Shown here: positions 39,081-49,363 of the stretch, in pieces
How the letters are laid out: the number at the start of each line of letters is the position of its first letter
Position numbering within the stretch: position 1 is the first letter of the stretch
IMG/VR virus record: IMGVR_UViG_3300031963_000006
Coordinates: 62,001-126,000 of that record
Length of the DNA stretch: 64,000 nt
Reading direction: 5' to 3' (one strand)
Made by a program: the position numbers and the translations under genes
The notes under the pieces: model-generated
Seen by the model: only the letters and a program-made list of their open reading frames with translations
What the model was told of the DNA's origin: nothing
The model's database searches: none

Positions 39081-42000
39081 TTCAGAGAACATATTAGTAG
39101 AATTTGATTACAACAACATTACCATAATAGACCCAAACAAAGTTATTGATGAAAATGGTAACGCTAAAGAAAGATACGTAAGTCAGGAAGACTTAGTCAT
39201 GTATGCTAATTTGGAATGTAAACCAATTCCAAGAACAAAATTAGCTGTTGGGTCTAATAATGACGATATCATCCGAAATACATCAATTGCCTCTATTAAT
39301 TTCTTAAAACCGGGTGGTAAACGAATACTTGAAAATGATTATACAGATAATTTAACAGGTCAGGAGAATCTAAAGTCGGAAAACAAGATTAATTCAAAGG
39401 ATGAAGAGTATTATGCAAAACAAACCAATTTATCGGGAGGAAATAATGGTACGGTAGATAGTGGGTTGTTAGGTATAACATCAATTTCTATACAACAAAA
39501 CACCTCTTTTACTCCTGTGATAACAATTGAGTTAGAAGACGTTAAAGGTAGAGCGTTATTTGAATCGGGTAATAATTCACCATATGCTGCATTTTTTAAT
39601 ATGCCATACCCAATATTTTATTTGACTATAAAGGGATATTATGGAAAGGCGGTAAGATTACCATTAATGTTACAAAGTTTTAATAGTAGGTACAATACAT
39701 CTTCGGGTAATTTCCATATTACTCTTAGTATGATTACCTATAAATATAATGTGTTAAATGAGGTAACTATGGCGGCAGCAATTGCAACACCACAAATGTA
39801 TCAAAAAAATATTGATATAAAAGGTGTTGAAGGAGGACCGTCACAATTTGCAAATATAACTAGTGTATCGGTTTCGTTAGGTAAACAGAAAATGCACGAG
39901 ATGTATAGTGAATATAAAACCAAAGGACTAATACCCGATGATTTTCCTGAGATAACAATTCTCCAAATGTATTATAGATTGGAGAATTTTATCAAAAACA
40001 CTTTAGAATCTTATATACAACAAAACCTTGACCCATTAAACAACGTACAAGAATATGAAAAAAAGTTAAGAGAATATCAGGGAAATATCGCAACTTATCA
40101 AAAATCGTGGAAAGATAAGTATATGGATAACGAAAATTTCTATGTTAGTAATTTAAGTGGGGAAAAACTTTATTCGTTCAAAAAAGAGTTCGATGAACAA
40201 TCGAAACGAGAGGTGGCCTTAGCGGAGTTAAAAAAATACATTACTGAGTATAATGAAATTTTGAATAAAAATGAAACAGTAGGTACTAACGGGTCATATG
40301 AAATAAATGGAAACTTAGAAAAATGTGCTATCCCAAATAATATAACCTTCGACATATTTTTAGAAATAATTGATAAACCCGAAGATGTCAATTTACAAAA
40401 AACATTAAATCAAAGGTCGAGTAAGAAAAAATTTACTAACGATGAAATTAGTAAATTACAAGCCGAACTAAACACAAATATGACATTTAATTCGGGAAAA
40501 ATTATAATGAAAGATGGGGGCATTGTTCCTGAATATACGTATTACAAATTTGGTGATTTAAATGAAGAACAGTCACCTGTACCATTGTTTAGAACATTTT
40601 TAGGTGAAATTAATAGAATGTTCAAAGATGTTAAATCATATCGAGAAAAAATTCAAGACGCTCTTACTAAAGCTTTAACAGAAAAAATTCAATCAAAAGA
40701 TAACGGAATTGGATTTGTGCCTACGATTAGAAATGTTCTATCTGTTATTTTTGCAAATGGAGAGGCGTTTCTAAGAATAATGGACGATGTCCATGCAAAG
40801 GCGTGGGAAGTTAGAGACGACACAGACAGAAAGAAGGCTATTTTAGACCCATCAGTTTCGAACGCAAATCCTGATAATTTATCAAGTGGTGATAATACTA
40901 ACCTACCGATATATCCATGGCCACAATATATTGTAGAAACCGCCGGAGAAAATGGGCAAGAAAAATACATTGTTGCGTACCCTGGTGACCCTAAGTATTC
41001 TAATTTAACTAACGCTACTTCTTATGAAAAATGGCCTGAAGTTGAATTTGTTGAAGAATTTATTAATGCGTTTGTAAATAGAAATCCTGAAATAGATAAT
41101 CCAGAACCAGTATCTAATGAACAAACCGATATTAATAGACTTAGTTTTAATGCTATAGAATTTCCTGTTGAGAATATTGTTTATGGCAATAAAGAAGAAG
41201 TTAAATTTTTCTTTGAAATATACGAAAGACTATTTTATACAATTTATTATTCAAGGTTATCAAGAGCAGAATCATCAATTCAAGAAAAAGATTTGGTTAG
41301 TAGTATCATCGCAGACGCTGAAAAAACTAATTTGCTTTATGCTTTAGGTACTGACAACCCATTTTTAATTGAAAAATTTAAACAGTATGGAATTAATTCT
41401 GCTAATTTTGAAACCACACTCAGACATATATCAAATGGAGGTACAGGACAAAGCTGGCAAAATTTTATTAGAGGTATATTCAATACAAGTTACATAAGAA
41501 ATACGGTACAAAATTCACAATTTGAATTTTTAAATTTAGACAAAATTTTAGAAACTAAATCAAATCCACTACTTTCTTTGGATAGAGAGGATGATTTTTT
41601 AAATTATATAACAGGTAGTAGCTCTTCTAATAGTTATGATTATTCAGACATTTATCCTTTAACTAATTTAAGTTGGTGTAAAGATAAATTAGCTAATGGT
41701 CAATCAATTTCGGATAATAAATCGGCGTTTAACACTACAAAAATTTTGACTTATAATAAGTCAAATAAGACTATTACTAATTTTCCTTATAATTTATCTA
41801 CATTAGAAAAAAGACCAATAACTAATTTTATATACGAAAATACTGTAGTACCAACCGCTGATACTACAACAAATCTAGTTGATTTTTATAACGAAAGAGT
41901 ACGTTCTGAACAATTAGTAACTGAAGGAGATTTAATTTATTACAATTATTCAGGACAAGTAGGATTTTATCAAACAACTTCCATGTTGAATACACCGTTT

Positions 42001-45000
42001 TATGTGAACTCAATACAACAGGCGGTAGAAAAATTTAGAAATTATGATGACTATCCTTACACCGTACCTGCGTATTTGTTCTTAAATAGTTTACCACTAT
42101 CAACTCTAAGAGAAAAGTATAAAACTTATAAAACTTCCGATTCAAATATTACTGTTGAAGATTTAGATTATATCTTGGCTAGTTTGAAAAAATTCGGAGC
42201 GATACACAAAGTACCTTATGCGTGGATTTTGAAAATTGGTTCAATTTACCACAGATACAAAAAATATGTTGAAGACAATATTGACATATTAGATGATTGT
42301 TGGCAAAACTTTAAACAAGTTGAGAATTTTGACCCTATTACTAATGTACCAACTAGAAATTATGGTTTAATAATTAATGGGGCAAATATCGACATAGTTT
42401 TAGAAAAAGATACAATCATTGGTACCGAAACATCCACTCTGATAAACACAGGTTTTTATCCAAAACTAATAAATGATTTCAATGTGTTTTATCAGGGATA
42501 TATGATTTATAGTACTTTTACCGATACTGATATTCAGAACGGTTTCGATAGTGGAGTGACTTTAAATTATGTGTCAGAAGCCATTATTGACGAACCTGAA
42601 GGGTTTGACGATGCCAACCCTATGAGAGATTTACGAGTAATACCATGGTCTGTTAATGTGGATAATATAATAAAAACTTTTACATATCCGATACCATCCC
42701 AAGGTTCATTACTTAACCAAACATTTAATGAATGTTTTATTAAGGAAGGTAACATTGACAAATTAAAATTGGAAGTTAAGGGTAATCAGGCAATGTACGA
42801 TGGCTCAATTAGAAATTTTTGGGCGGCACCTCACTATGGATATTTTGATTTATCAAAAATAAAAAAACCAGAATATGATGAATATATAAAAATAATTTTT
42901 ACCGAAAGCGATGTATCGTCACAAGAAAATTTTGGTTTACACAACCCTATTGTAGGATACTCAAAAATCAGTGAAATATTTTCGGCATTTGATACAGAAA
43001 TTTTAAATAAGTTTGAAGAAGAGTTTTTAAATTTTTCCAAATCAGTATATGATTACGATTTAAAAAATTTATCTGAAACTTTAACCAAAACTGAAAAATC
43101 TTTCAAAAATTTCCAATTTTTAATGAGAGAAATGATGAAAGTGCCTAAACAAAGTACCACAGGAGCAACAGGTACCGAAGCGGTTTCAAGAACTCAAGAA
43201 ATTCAATGTCAAACAATTAATTCATACATTAAAGAATTTTTAAATTTTGACTACGTATTCAAATATGGAAATCCATCGTCATTCGATAAAAAACTATTCT
43301 ACAGTTTTTCCAATAAATTTATTGAAGACCCATACACATGGGAAAAATATACTGAGGCAACACCAGACGCATTACCAGTTCAAGGGGGGTCTGTTACATT
43401 AACAACATCACAAACAAATTTCCCTGAAGAATGGAAAACTCTTAGAATATATGTTGGATTTTCAGATATACCTGAACTCACTTATAAAGATAGTGGTTCA
43501 TTTATAACCGATTTCTTCATAGATTTAAATGTTGGATTTAATGTACAGAATATCAAAAATTTTGCACCGATAATTAAAATTTATGCAACACAAAAATTAA
43601 CACAAACTCAACCACAAACTTCGGTTTCCCCATTACCAATACCGCCTGTTTTACCTACACAACAATTTGTGGGATTAATAATAGAAATTTTTACTTTAAA
43701 TGATGGGTCAACTGTAACTATCTATAAACAAAACGAAAATAAATTTTCATTATTTAGGAATTTTTCACAGGAAATAAAGTTTGTTGGAGAACAAGTAGGT
43801 ATATCTGGAGAAACCAATTTGAATTTAGCAAAAATTGCAATAACTGAAATTTACGGTTTTTATTCACAATCACCTTTAGACCCACAATATATTGCCGCAG
43901 TAACAACTCCTCCCGAACCACAGTTCCCATTAGTACCGAGTTCAACCAACAATTGGGGTAAAGTCACATTCATTAACAATATGGATAACTACCTAAGTGC
44001 TGTTGACAGATTCCAAGGAACAATTGTAGATAATTTAATGATAACATTAAGGTCTAAATTACCTTTAATAACTGTTGAAAACAGTAAAGGTGTTAGAAAA
44101 GATTTAGATGGTTCTCAGACAAAATTAGAACTATGGGAGTCATTTAAAGCAACTAACGATAAATGGATTTCTGGTGGTGATTTTAAAAATAAAACAATTT
44201 TTGAAGATTTACTATTATTAGATAGAGCTAGTAGGAATATTGGTGACACGGTTATTGCCGACATTTTTCATTTGAAAAATTTTATAATGGATGCTAGTCC
44301 CAAAATGTCAGTATTAAGTTTTGCTCAGTCTGTCTTATTAAGAAATAACTTCATGGTGATGAATATACCATCGTATGTTAATTTCTATAATGTACAAGAT
44401 GCGGTTAAAAATCCAAAACCTAGACCCGAAGGTACTTTAGAATTCGCTAATACTTTGTTTGGTACTTTTTTGAATGTTGACTATAGAGATTCATCATCTA
44501 AAATGGTTTGTTTTTTCATCTCAAAACCATCAGAACATTTAGCAATAAATAAAAATGTTGATTACAGGTTCAAAGATGACGCTTTTGATTTGAGAAAAAC
44601 TTCTAATCCATTAGTAGAAAATCAAGTTGGTAAAACAGATTGGGACAAATCGAATAAAGTTGTAGGATTTAATGTTGATATTGGGACACAAAATCAACAA
44701 ATATTCCAAAGTTTTGACGTATCTCAAGAGGCAGGAACCTCTACTGCTGAGTCATTAGAGGTGATTAATCAAATGGCAAACCAATCAGGTAATAGAGGAG
44801 GTGCAACGCAGAATTTATCTTTATATAACATTTATAAAAACAGAAGTTATAAATGTAAGATAATGATGATGGGTAACGCAATGATACAACCAAGTATGTA
44901 TTTTAATTTGAGGTATGTACCTATGTTCAGCGGACCATATATGATTTTGGATGTAACACATAACATAGTCCCTGGTATGTTTCACACCACAATTACCGGT

Positions 45001-46206
45001 ATTAGACAACCAACCGCGTCTTTACCGAAAGTTGACCAATTTGTCCAAACGATAAGAACAAATCTTTTAAAAATAATAAAGGATAAGTTAAAAGTTGAAT
45101 CAAGTTCAAATACACCTCAAGTTGCGCAATCAACACAAAATGTAACAAATACAAACGCAGCCGCAGGAACATCAAATAGTGTGACTTCTCCGACTCTAAC
45201 CACCGGACCAACCTCGAATACAACAACTAATTCAATTGACCAATTAAGATTATTGAATTATGAATTGAATAATAGTCCCGCAAGTACAAAATCTGCTAAT
45301 CAAGAATGTGTATCTAATTCAGACTACGCATCTTACACTAAAGCTGAAATTGTTAAAAAAGAATTTAACTTAACTCAAATGTATGAAATTGTTAATTCTG
45401 TTTTAAATTTAAATGGAGGTGCAAACATTAAGTTAGCCCATACAATTTATGCATTTATTTGGTTAAATTCAAATGGTTCGGCAGCGGGTTTTTCGTCAAA
45501 CAATTTCAATTTTGGGGGGATTGACTTAACAAGTTCATGGGGACAATCAGGAGAGTCAAACTTCTTAAAAGAATATTTTTGTTCTACCGACAATGTACCA
45601 TATGCATCTTTCCAAAATACTGATAAGTTTGTTACATTTTTATCTAATAGGTGGAGAAGTAGAGTTGCGACAATTAGTGAGGACAATTATAAAGAAATAA
45701 CTAAATTTATTATTTTAAATTCTAAACAAAATATTAAACCTGAAACCATATATGAAGACATGGATATTGTTGATTTAGGAAATATTGAAAGTCAAGTTCA
45801 ATCTGCGATTTTTGCATACGACCAAGTTAATAGACAATCTGCAACTTCGACAGAACCAACACAGTTATTAAGTATAACAAGAACCTCAGTAGGTGACCCC
45901 AAATTTGTTGTGACAGTTAATAACACAAATAATGAAAAATGGGTTATGATAGTTGCGGAGTATAAAGTGACTTCACCATCTGAATGTTCACAAACTGATT
46001 ATCAATATAATATATCAAACTTGATTTCTAGTGACAAACAAAGTTTATCAATATCTTTAGAGGACATTCAATTAGATTCGGATTGTTCAGACACTCCAGT
46101 AGAATCTGTGAAATTTAGAGTAACTTTGAACCCTGTATTGTCCGATGGAGTAACGCTTGATAATAGTAGAAGTCAAACTGTACAATATATTAGTGGAAAT
46201 TTCTAA
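39070..46206 (+). CDS. Giant baseplate hub protein (gp27/gpD-like fold) with C-terminal lysozyme-like domain
   Basis: N-terminal GITSISI......P.ITIELEDVKG; CKIMMMGNAMIQPSMYFNL...SGPYMILDVTHNI....F.T.ITG hub motif; NNFNFGGI...YASF region near the C-terminus. Confidence 0.55.
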   Translation: MADNSENILVEFDYNNITIIDPNKVIDENGNAKERYVSQEDLVMYANLECKPIPRTKLAVGSNNDDIIRNTSIASINFLKPGGKRILENDYTDNLTGQENLKSENKINSKDEEYYAKQTNLSGGNNGTVDSGLLGITSISIQQNTSFTPVITIELEDVKGRALFESGNNSPYAAFFNMPYPIFYLTIKGYYGKAVRLPLMLQSFNSRYNTSSGNFHITLSMITYKYNVLNEVTMAAAIATPQMYQKNIDIKGVEGGPSQFANITSVSVSLGKQKMHEMYSEYKTKGLIPDDFPEITILQMYYRLENFIKNTLESYIQQNLDPLNNVQEYEKKLREYQGNIATYQKSWKDKYMDNENFYVSNLSGEKLYSFKKEFDEQSKREVALAELKKYITEYNEILNKNETVGTNGSYEINGNLEKCAIPNNITFDIFLEIIDKPEDVNLQKTLNQRSSKKKFTNDEISKLQAELNTNMTFNSGKIIMKDGGIVPEYTYYKFGDLNEEQSPVPLFRTFLGEINRMFKDVKSYREKIQDALTKALTEKIQSKDNGIGFVPTIRNVLSVIFANGEAFLRIMDDVHAKAWEVRDDTDRKKAILDPSVSNANPDNLSSGDNTNLPIYPWPQYIVETAGENGQEKYIVAYPGDPKYSNLTNATSYEKWPEVEFVEEFINAFVNRNPEIDNPEPVSNEQTDINRLSFNAIEFPVENIVYGNKEEVKFFFEIYERLFYTIYYSRLSRAESSIQEKDLVSSIIADAEKTNLLYALGTDNPFLIEKFKQYGINSANFETTLRHISNGGTGQSWQNFIRGIFNTSYIRNTVQNSQFEFLNLDKILETKSNPLLSLDREDDFLNYITGSSSSNSYDYSDIYPLTNLSWCKDKLANGQSISDNKSAFNTTKILTYNKSNKTITNFPYNLSTLEKRPITNFIYENTVVPTADTTTNLVDFYNERVRSEQLVTEGDLIYYNYSGQVGFYQTTSMLNTPFYVNSIQQAVEKFRNYDDYPYTVPAYLFLNSLPLSTLREKYKTYKTSDSNITVEDLDYILASLKKFGAIHKVPYAWILKIGSIYHRYKKYVEDNIDILDDCWQNFKQVENFDPITNVPTRNYGLIINGANIDIVLEKDTIIGTETSTLINTGFYPKLINDFNVFYQGYMIYSTFTDTDIQNGFDSGVTLNYVSEAIIDEPEGFDDANPMRDLRVIPWSVNVDNIIKTFTYPIPSQGSLLNQTFNECFIKEGNIDKLKLEVKGNQAMYDGSIRNFWAAPHYGYFDLSKIKKPEYDEYIKIIFTESDVSSQENFGLHNPIVGYSKISEIFSAFDTEILNKFEEEFLNFSKSVYDYDLKNLSETLTKTEKSFKNFQFLMREMMKVPKQSTTGATGTEAVSRTQEIQCQTINSYIKEFLNFDYVFKYGNPSSFDKKLFYSFSNKFIEDPYTWEKYTEATPDALPVQGGSVTLTTSQTNFPEEWKTLRIYVGFSDIPELTYKDSGSFITDFFIDLNVGFNVQNIKNFAPIIKIYATQKLTQTQPQTSVSPLPIPPVLPTQQFVGLIIEIFTLNDGSTVTIYKQNENKFSLFRNFSQEIKFVGEQVGISGETNLNLAKIAITEIYGFYSQSPLDPQYIAAVTTPPEPQFPLVPSSTNNWGKVTFINNMDNYLSAVDRFQGTIVDNLMITLRSKLPLITVENSKGVRKDLDGSQTKLELWESFKATNDKWISGGDFKNKTIFEDLLLLDRASRNIGDTVIADIFHLKNFIMDASPKMSVLSFAQSVLLRNNFMVMNIPSYVNFYNVQDAVKNPKPRPEGTLEFANTLFGTFLNVDYRDSSSKMVCFFISKPSEHLAINKNVDYRFKDDAFDLRKTSNPLVENQVGKTDWDKSNKVVGFNVDIGTQNQQIFQSFDVSQEAGTSTAESLEVINQMANQSGNRGGATQNLSLYNIYKNRSYKCKIMMMGNAMIQPSMYFNLRYVPMFSGPYMILDVTHNIVPGMFHTTITGIRQPTASLPKVDQFVQTIRTNLLKIIKDKLKVESSSNTPQVAQSTQNVTNTNAAAGTSNSVTSPTLTTGPTSNTTTNSIDQLRLLNYELNNSPASTKSANQECVSNSDYASYTKAEIVKKEFNLTQMYEIVNSVLNLNGGANIKLAHTIYAFIWLNSNGSAAGFSSNNFNFGGIDLTSSWGQSGESNFLKEYFCSTDNVPYASFQNTDKFVTFLSNRWRSRVATISEDNYKEITKFIILNSKQNIKPETIYEDMDIVDLGNIESQVQSAIFAYDQVNRQSATSTEPTQLLSITRTSVGDPKFVVTVNNTNNEKWVMIVAEYKVTSPSECSQTDYQYNISNLISSDKQSLSISLEDIQLDSDCSDTPVESVKFRVTLNPVLSDGVTLDNSRSQTVQYISGNF

Positions 46207-46212
46207 AATAAA

Positions 46213-46230
46213 AGATATTTATAAATAAAA
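46213..46230 (+). promoter_or_regulatory. Conserved upstream element AGATATTTATAAATAAAA (copy 3)
   Basis: Identical 18-mer 4 nt upstream of the 46235 start. Confidence 0.55.
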
Positions 46231-46234
46231 ACTT

Positions 46235-46459
46235 ATGGGTACTAAAGAGATATTAGATAGTTATTTGGGTAAGAACACTCGAATAACAGAAAGAGATAAC
46301 GGTAACGGTTATAAAGAAGTTTGTGATTTAGATACGGGTGAGTGTTATACTCTTAGAATTAAAGATGGTTTAATTGAGAGAGTTGATAACACTATGAATA
46401 CCAATAAAAAAATTCAGGTTGAAACTTTACATGGAGTTAAACAACTTTTAAACGGTTAA
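46235..46459 (+). CDS. Hypothetical protein (74 aa)
   Basis: Preceded by the conserved motif; contains VCDLDTGECY. Confidence 0.7.
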   Translation: MGTKEILDSYLGKNTRITERDNGNGYKEVCDLDTGECYTLRIKDGLIERVDNTMNTNKKIQVETLHGVKQLLNG

Positions 46460-46462
46460 AAA

Positions 46463-47119
46463 ATGGGAATAGATACTAAAATATTAAACGAATTAAAAAG
46501 ATATAACGATATCAATCGATATATAACTGAACAAGACGTTCCACCTCCACCTCCTGGAGAAGAAGCAGTTCCACCACCAGCACCCGCCGACCCAGGCGCG
46601 GTCCCACCACCTCCTGGTGCTCCGGCCCCTGAAGCGGCGGTACCACAACCTGTTGATGTTGCAACAGACCCTGATGTTGAAAAAATTGGGGACGAGGAAG
46701 GAAAAGAATCTAAAGGTGAAGAGTTAGAAATAACTGACTTAGTTAAGTCACAAAAAAATATTGAAACAAAACAAGAAGAATACTTTGATAACTTATTTAA
46801 ACATTTAGAAGAGTTGGAAAGTAAATTGTCTAATATGGACTCTATAGTTACCAAATTGAATGATTTGGAGGCTAAAGTTGAAAAATATAGAACAAAAACT
46901 CCGGAGGAAAAACTTGAATTACGTAGTTTAGATTCAGGACCGTTTAATCAGAAACTTAGTGATTTTTTTGAAGATAAAGAGATTGATATGGAAAAAACGG
47001 GAAAGAATGATTATGTTTTAACTCAGGATGATGTTGAAGGTTATTCACCTATAGACATCAAAAAAAGTTTTAGAGATTTTGGAGATGAGGAATCGGGAGA
47101 CTTCACCGAGGTAAGATAA
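46463..47119 (+). CDS. Acidic protein with Pro-rich tract and coiled coil
   Basis: PPPPPGEEAVPPPAPADPGAVPPPPGAPAP, followed by a heptad region LFKHLEELESKLSNMDSIVTKLNDLEAKV. Confidence 0.7.
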   Translation: MGIDTKILNELKRYNDINRYITEQDVPPPPPGEEAVPPPAPADPGAVPPPPGAPAPEAAVPQPVDVATDPDVEKIGDEEGKESKGEELEITDLVKSQKNIETKQEEYFDNLFKHLEELESKLSNMDSIVTKLNDLEAKVEKYRTKTPEEKLELRSLDSGPFNQKLSDFFEDKEIDMEKTGKNDYVLTQDDVEGYSPIDIKKSFRDFGDEESGDFTEVR

Positions 47120-47120
47120 T

Positions 47121-47145
47121 AAAAGGGGTCATTTGACCCCTTTTT
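47121..47145 (+). terminator. Rho-independent terminator
   Basis: AAAAGGGGTC-ATTT-GACCCCTTTT followed by T. Confidence 0.8.
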
Positions 47146-47148
47146 AAT

Positions 47149-47177
47149 TTGACAAAACAAAGGCTGACACTTATTAT
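47149..47177 (+). promoter_or_regulatory. Sigma70-like promoter for the replication/recombination block
   Basis: TTGACA (47149-54), 17-nt spacer, TATTAT (47172-77), directly after a terminator. Confidence 0.65.
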
Positions 47178-47204
47178 TAATAAACAATTTTAAATTTAAT
47201 TATT

Positions 47205-48056
47205 ATGGCGACAAACAATTCTTTAGATGCGATTCTTTCGCAGTACGAAAATTCAAAACAAGGCGGTTCATCTAACGCCTCAAAAATGTCTCAAGATGAA
47301 AGAATGAAAAAGTATTTCGCGGCTATCCTCAAGGATAACGAGAAACAAGGTCAAAAACGACTACGAATACTCCCAACAAAAGACGGAAGTTCACCATTCA
47401 AAGAGGTATGGTTCCACGAAGTTCAAGTTGATGGAAAATGGCAGAAGTTTTTTGACCCAGGTAAAAATGACAACGAGCGTTCTCCATTGTCTGAAGTTTA
47501 CGAAGAACTTATGTCAACAGGAAAAGAGTCTGATAAGGAACTTGCAAAACAGTACAAACCACGTAAATTCTATATTGTTAAGGTTATTGACCGTGACAAC
47601 GAACAAGACGGAGTTAAGTTTTGGCGTTTCAAGCATAACTATAAGAACGAAGGTATCTTGGATAAAATCATCCCAATTTTCCGTCAAAAAGGAGATATCA
47701 CTGACCCTGAAAATGGTAGAGATATCATTCTTGAATTGACAAAGGCTAAGACCCCAAAAGGAGCTACTTATACTGTCATTCAGACAATTATGCACGATGA
47801 CCCATCTCCTCTACATGAGGATAAGGAGACAAAAGAAACTTGGGTTAATGATGAATTGACTTGGGGTGATGTATATTCTAAGAAGCCGGCCGAGTATCTC
47901 GAAGCTATTGCTCGTGGCGAAGTTCCACGTTGGGATTCTGACGCTGGTAAGTATATCTACGGAAGTGAAATTGAGGAAACGGTATCTATGGGTGGTAAGA
48001 AATCAGTCGTTGACCCACAGTCAGACGATGAACCATCAGACGACCTTCCTTTCTAA
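47205..48056 (+). CDS. Single-stranded DNA-binding protein (T4 gp32-like)
   Basis: RLRILP....PF.EVWFH, FYIVKVIDR, DITDPENGRDI and an acidic tail ending DDLPF; first gene before the recombinase. Confidence 0.75.
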   Translation: MATNNSLDAILSQYENSKQGGSSNASKMSQDERMKKYFAAILKDNEKQGQKRLRILPTKDGSSPFKEVWFHEVQVDGKWQKFFDPGKNDNERSPLSEVYEELMSTGKESDKELAKQYKPRKFYIVKVIDRDNEQDGVKFWRFKHNYKNEGILDKIIPIFRQKGDITDPENGRDIILELTKAKTPKGATYTVIQTIMHDDPSPLHEDKETKETWVNDELTWGDVYSKKPAEYLEAIARGEVPRWDSDAGKYIYGSEIEETVSMGGKKSVVDPQSDDEPSDDLPF

Positions 48057-48071
48057 TAAAAAATGTTAAAC

Positions 48072-48101
48072 AAACTACCCCTGAAATATGGGGTGGTTTT
48101 T
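48072..48101 (+). terminator. Rho-independent terminator after the SSB gene
   Basis: AAACTACCCC-TGAAATAT-GGGGTGGTTT (one G-U pair) followed by TT. Confidence 0.6.
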
Positions 48102-48115
48102 AATACCTTAAAAAA

Positions 48116-48340
48116 ATGACAACTCAAGAAAAAATTACGCAAAAATTGTATGAGGCGTTGACAAACAAGTACTCCGCCCAAATTTCAGAAGCTGAAGCAA
48201 CATTAATGGTCTATTTCAATAATCCTGTTGGTATCGGAGAACATCCTCAACATTTGGAAGAGATGGATAAATTTGTTGACCAATTGGCAAGTGCAAAAGA
48301 TAAGCTAGACGCTTTACAACAATTCAAGAAATATAGTTAA
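48116..48340 (+). CDS. Hypothetical helical protein (74 aa)
   Basis: Clean start and stop between the terminator and the recombinase; NPVGIGEHP motif. Confidence 0.75.
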   Translation: MTTQEKITQKLYEALTNKYSAQISEAEATLMVYFNNPVGIGEHPQHLEEMDKFVDQLASAKDKLDALQQFKKYS

Positions 48341-48341
48341 T

Positions 48342-49352
48342 ATGGCAATTAAGAAAAAAGAATTAGGTTTAGATTCAATCAAATCTAAGTTCTCTACTTC
48401 GGCAAAATATAAACCTCAAAGATATTTTGACTTGGGTACAGAATTTTTGGATGCGGTTGGAATACCAGGGCCGGCGATTGGACACATCAATATGTTCTTG
48501 GGTCACTCTGATACGGGTAAAACCACTGCACTTGTAAAGGCGGCGGTCGATGCTCAGAAAAAAGGAATCCTACCTGTATTCATTATCACCGAACAAAAGT
48601 GGTCATTTGAACACGCTCGTATTATGGGGTTCCAATGTGAGGAGGTTGTGGATGAATCAACAGGTGAGATTGATTGGGATGGTTTTTATCTATTCAACAA
48701 TAATTTTGATTACATCGAACAAATTACCGAGTATATCAACAACTTGTTGGATGCCCAAGAAAAAGGTGAATTGGATTATAGTTTGCTTTTCCTTTGGGAC
48801 TCAGTTGGTTCAGTTCCTTGTAAGATGACTTTTGAAGGTAAAGGTGGTAAACAACACAATGCTTCAGTTCTTGCTGACAAGATTGGTATGGGTATTAACC
48901 AAAGAATTTCAGGTAGTCGTAAAGCTGATTCAAAGTTTGAAAACACACTTGTAATTGTTAATCAACCTTGGGTTGAACTTCCTGATAATCCATTTGGTCA
49001 ACCAAAAATTAAGGCAAAAGGTGGTGAAGCAATTTGGTTAAACTCATCTTTGGTATTTTTGTTTGGTAATCAAAAAGGTGCTGGTACTACAAAAATTACC
49101 GCCACAAAAGATAAGAGAACTGTTAAATTTGCAGTTCGTACCAAAGTATCTGTACTTAAAAATCATATCAATGGATTAGGTTATGAGGATGGTAAAATTA
49201 TAGTAACACCACACGGATTTATGGCTGGTAAAGAACCGGCAGAAGAAAAGGCATCTATCGAAAGTTACAAAAAAGAACACGCTGAATATTGGAAAGATAT
49301 TTTGGGTGTATCTGATTTGGATTTTGATTTGAAAGAAGAAGTCGAACCTTAA
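48342..49352 (+). CDS. recA: RecA/UvsX-like recombinase
   Basis: Walker A GHSDTGKTT, Walker B LFLWDSVG, plus IVNQ and GGEAI. Confidence 0.85.
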   Translation: MAIKKKELGLDSIKSKFSTSAKYKPQRYFDLGTEFLDAVGIPGPAIGHINMFLGHSDTGKTTALVKAAVDAQKKGILPVFIITEQKWSFEHARIMGFQCEEVVDESTGEIDWDGFYLFNNNFDYIEQITEYINNLLDAQEKGELDYSLLFLWDSVGSVPCKMTFEGKGGKQHNASVLADKIGMGINQRISGSRKADSKFENTLVIVNQPWVELPDNPFGQPKIKAKGGEAIWLNSSLVFLFGNQKGAGTTKITATKDKRTVKFAVRTKVSVLKNHINGLGYEDGKIIVTPHGFMAGKEPAEEKASIESYKKEHAEYWKDILGVSDLDFDLKEEVEP

Positions 49353-49363
49353 TTAAATAAAAG

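Noticed and set aside
46456-46854. 132-aa minus-strand ORF with Gly/Ala runs
   Set aside because: It is the antisense shadow of the Pro-rich tract in 46463..47119.
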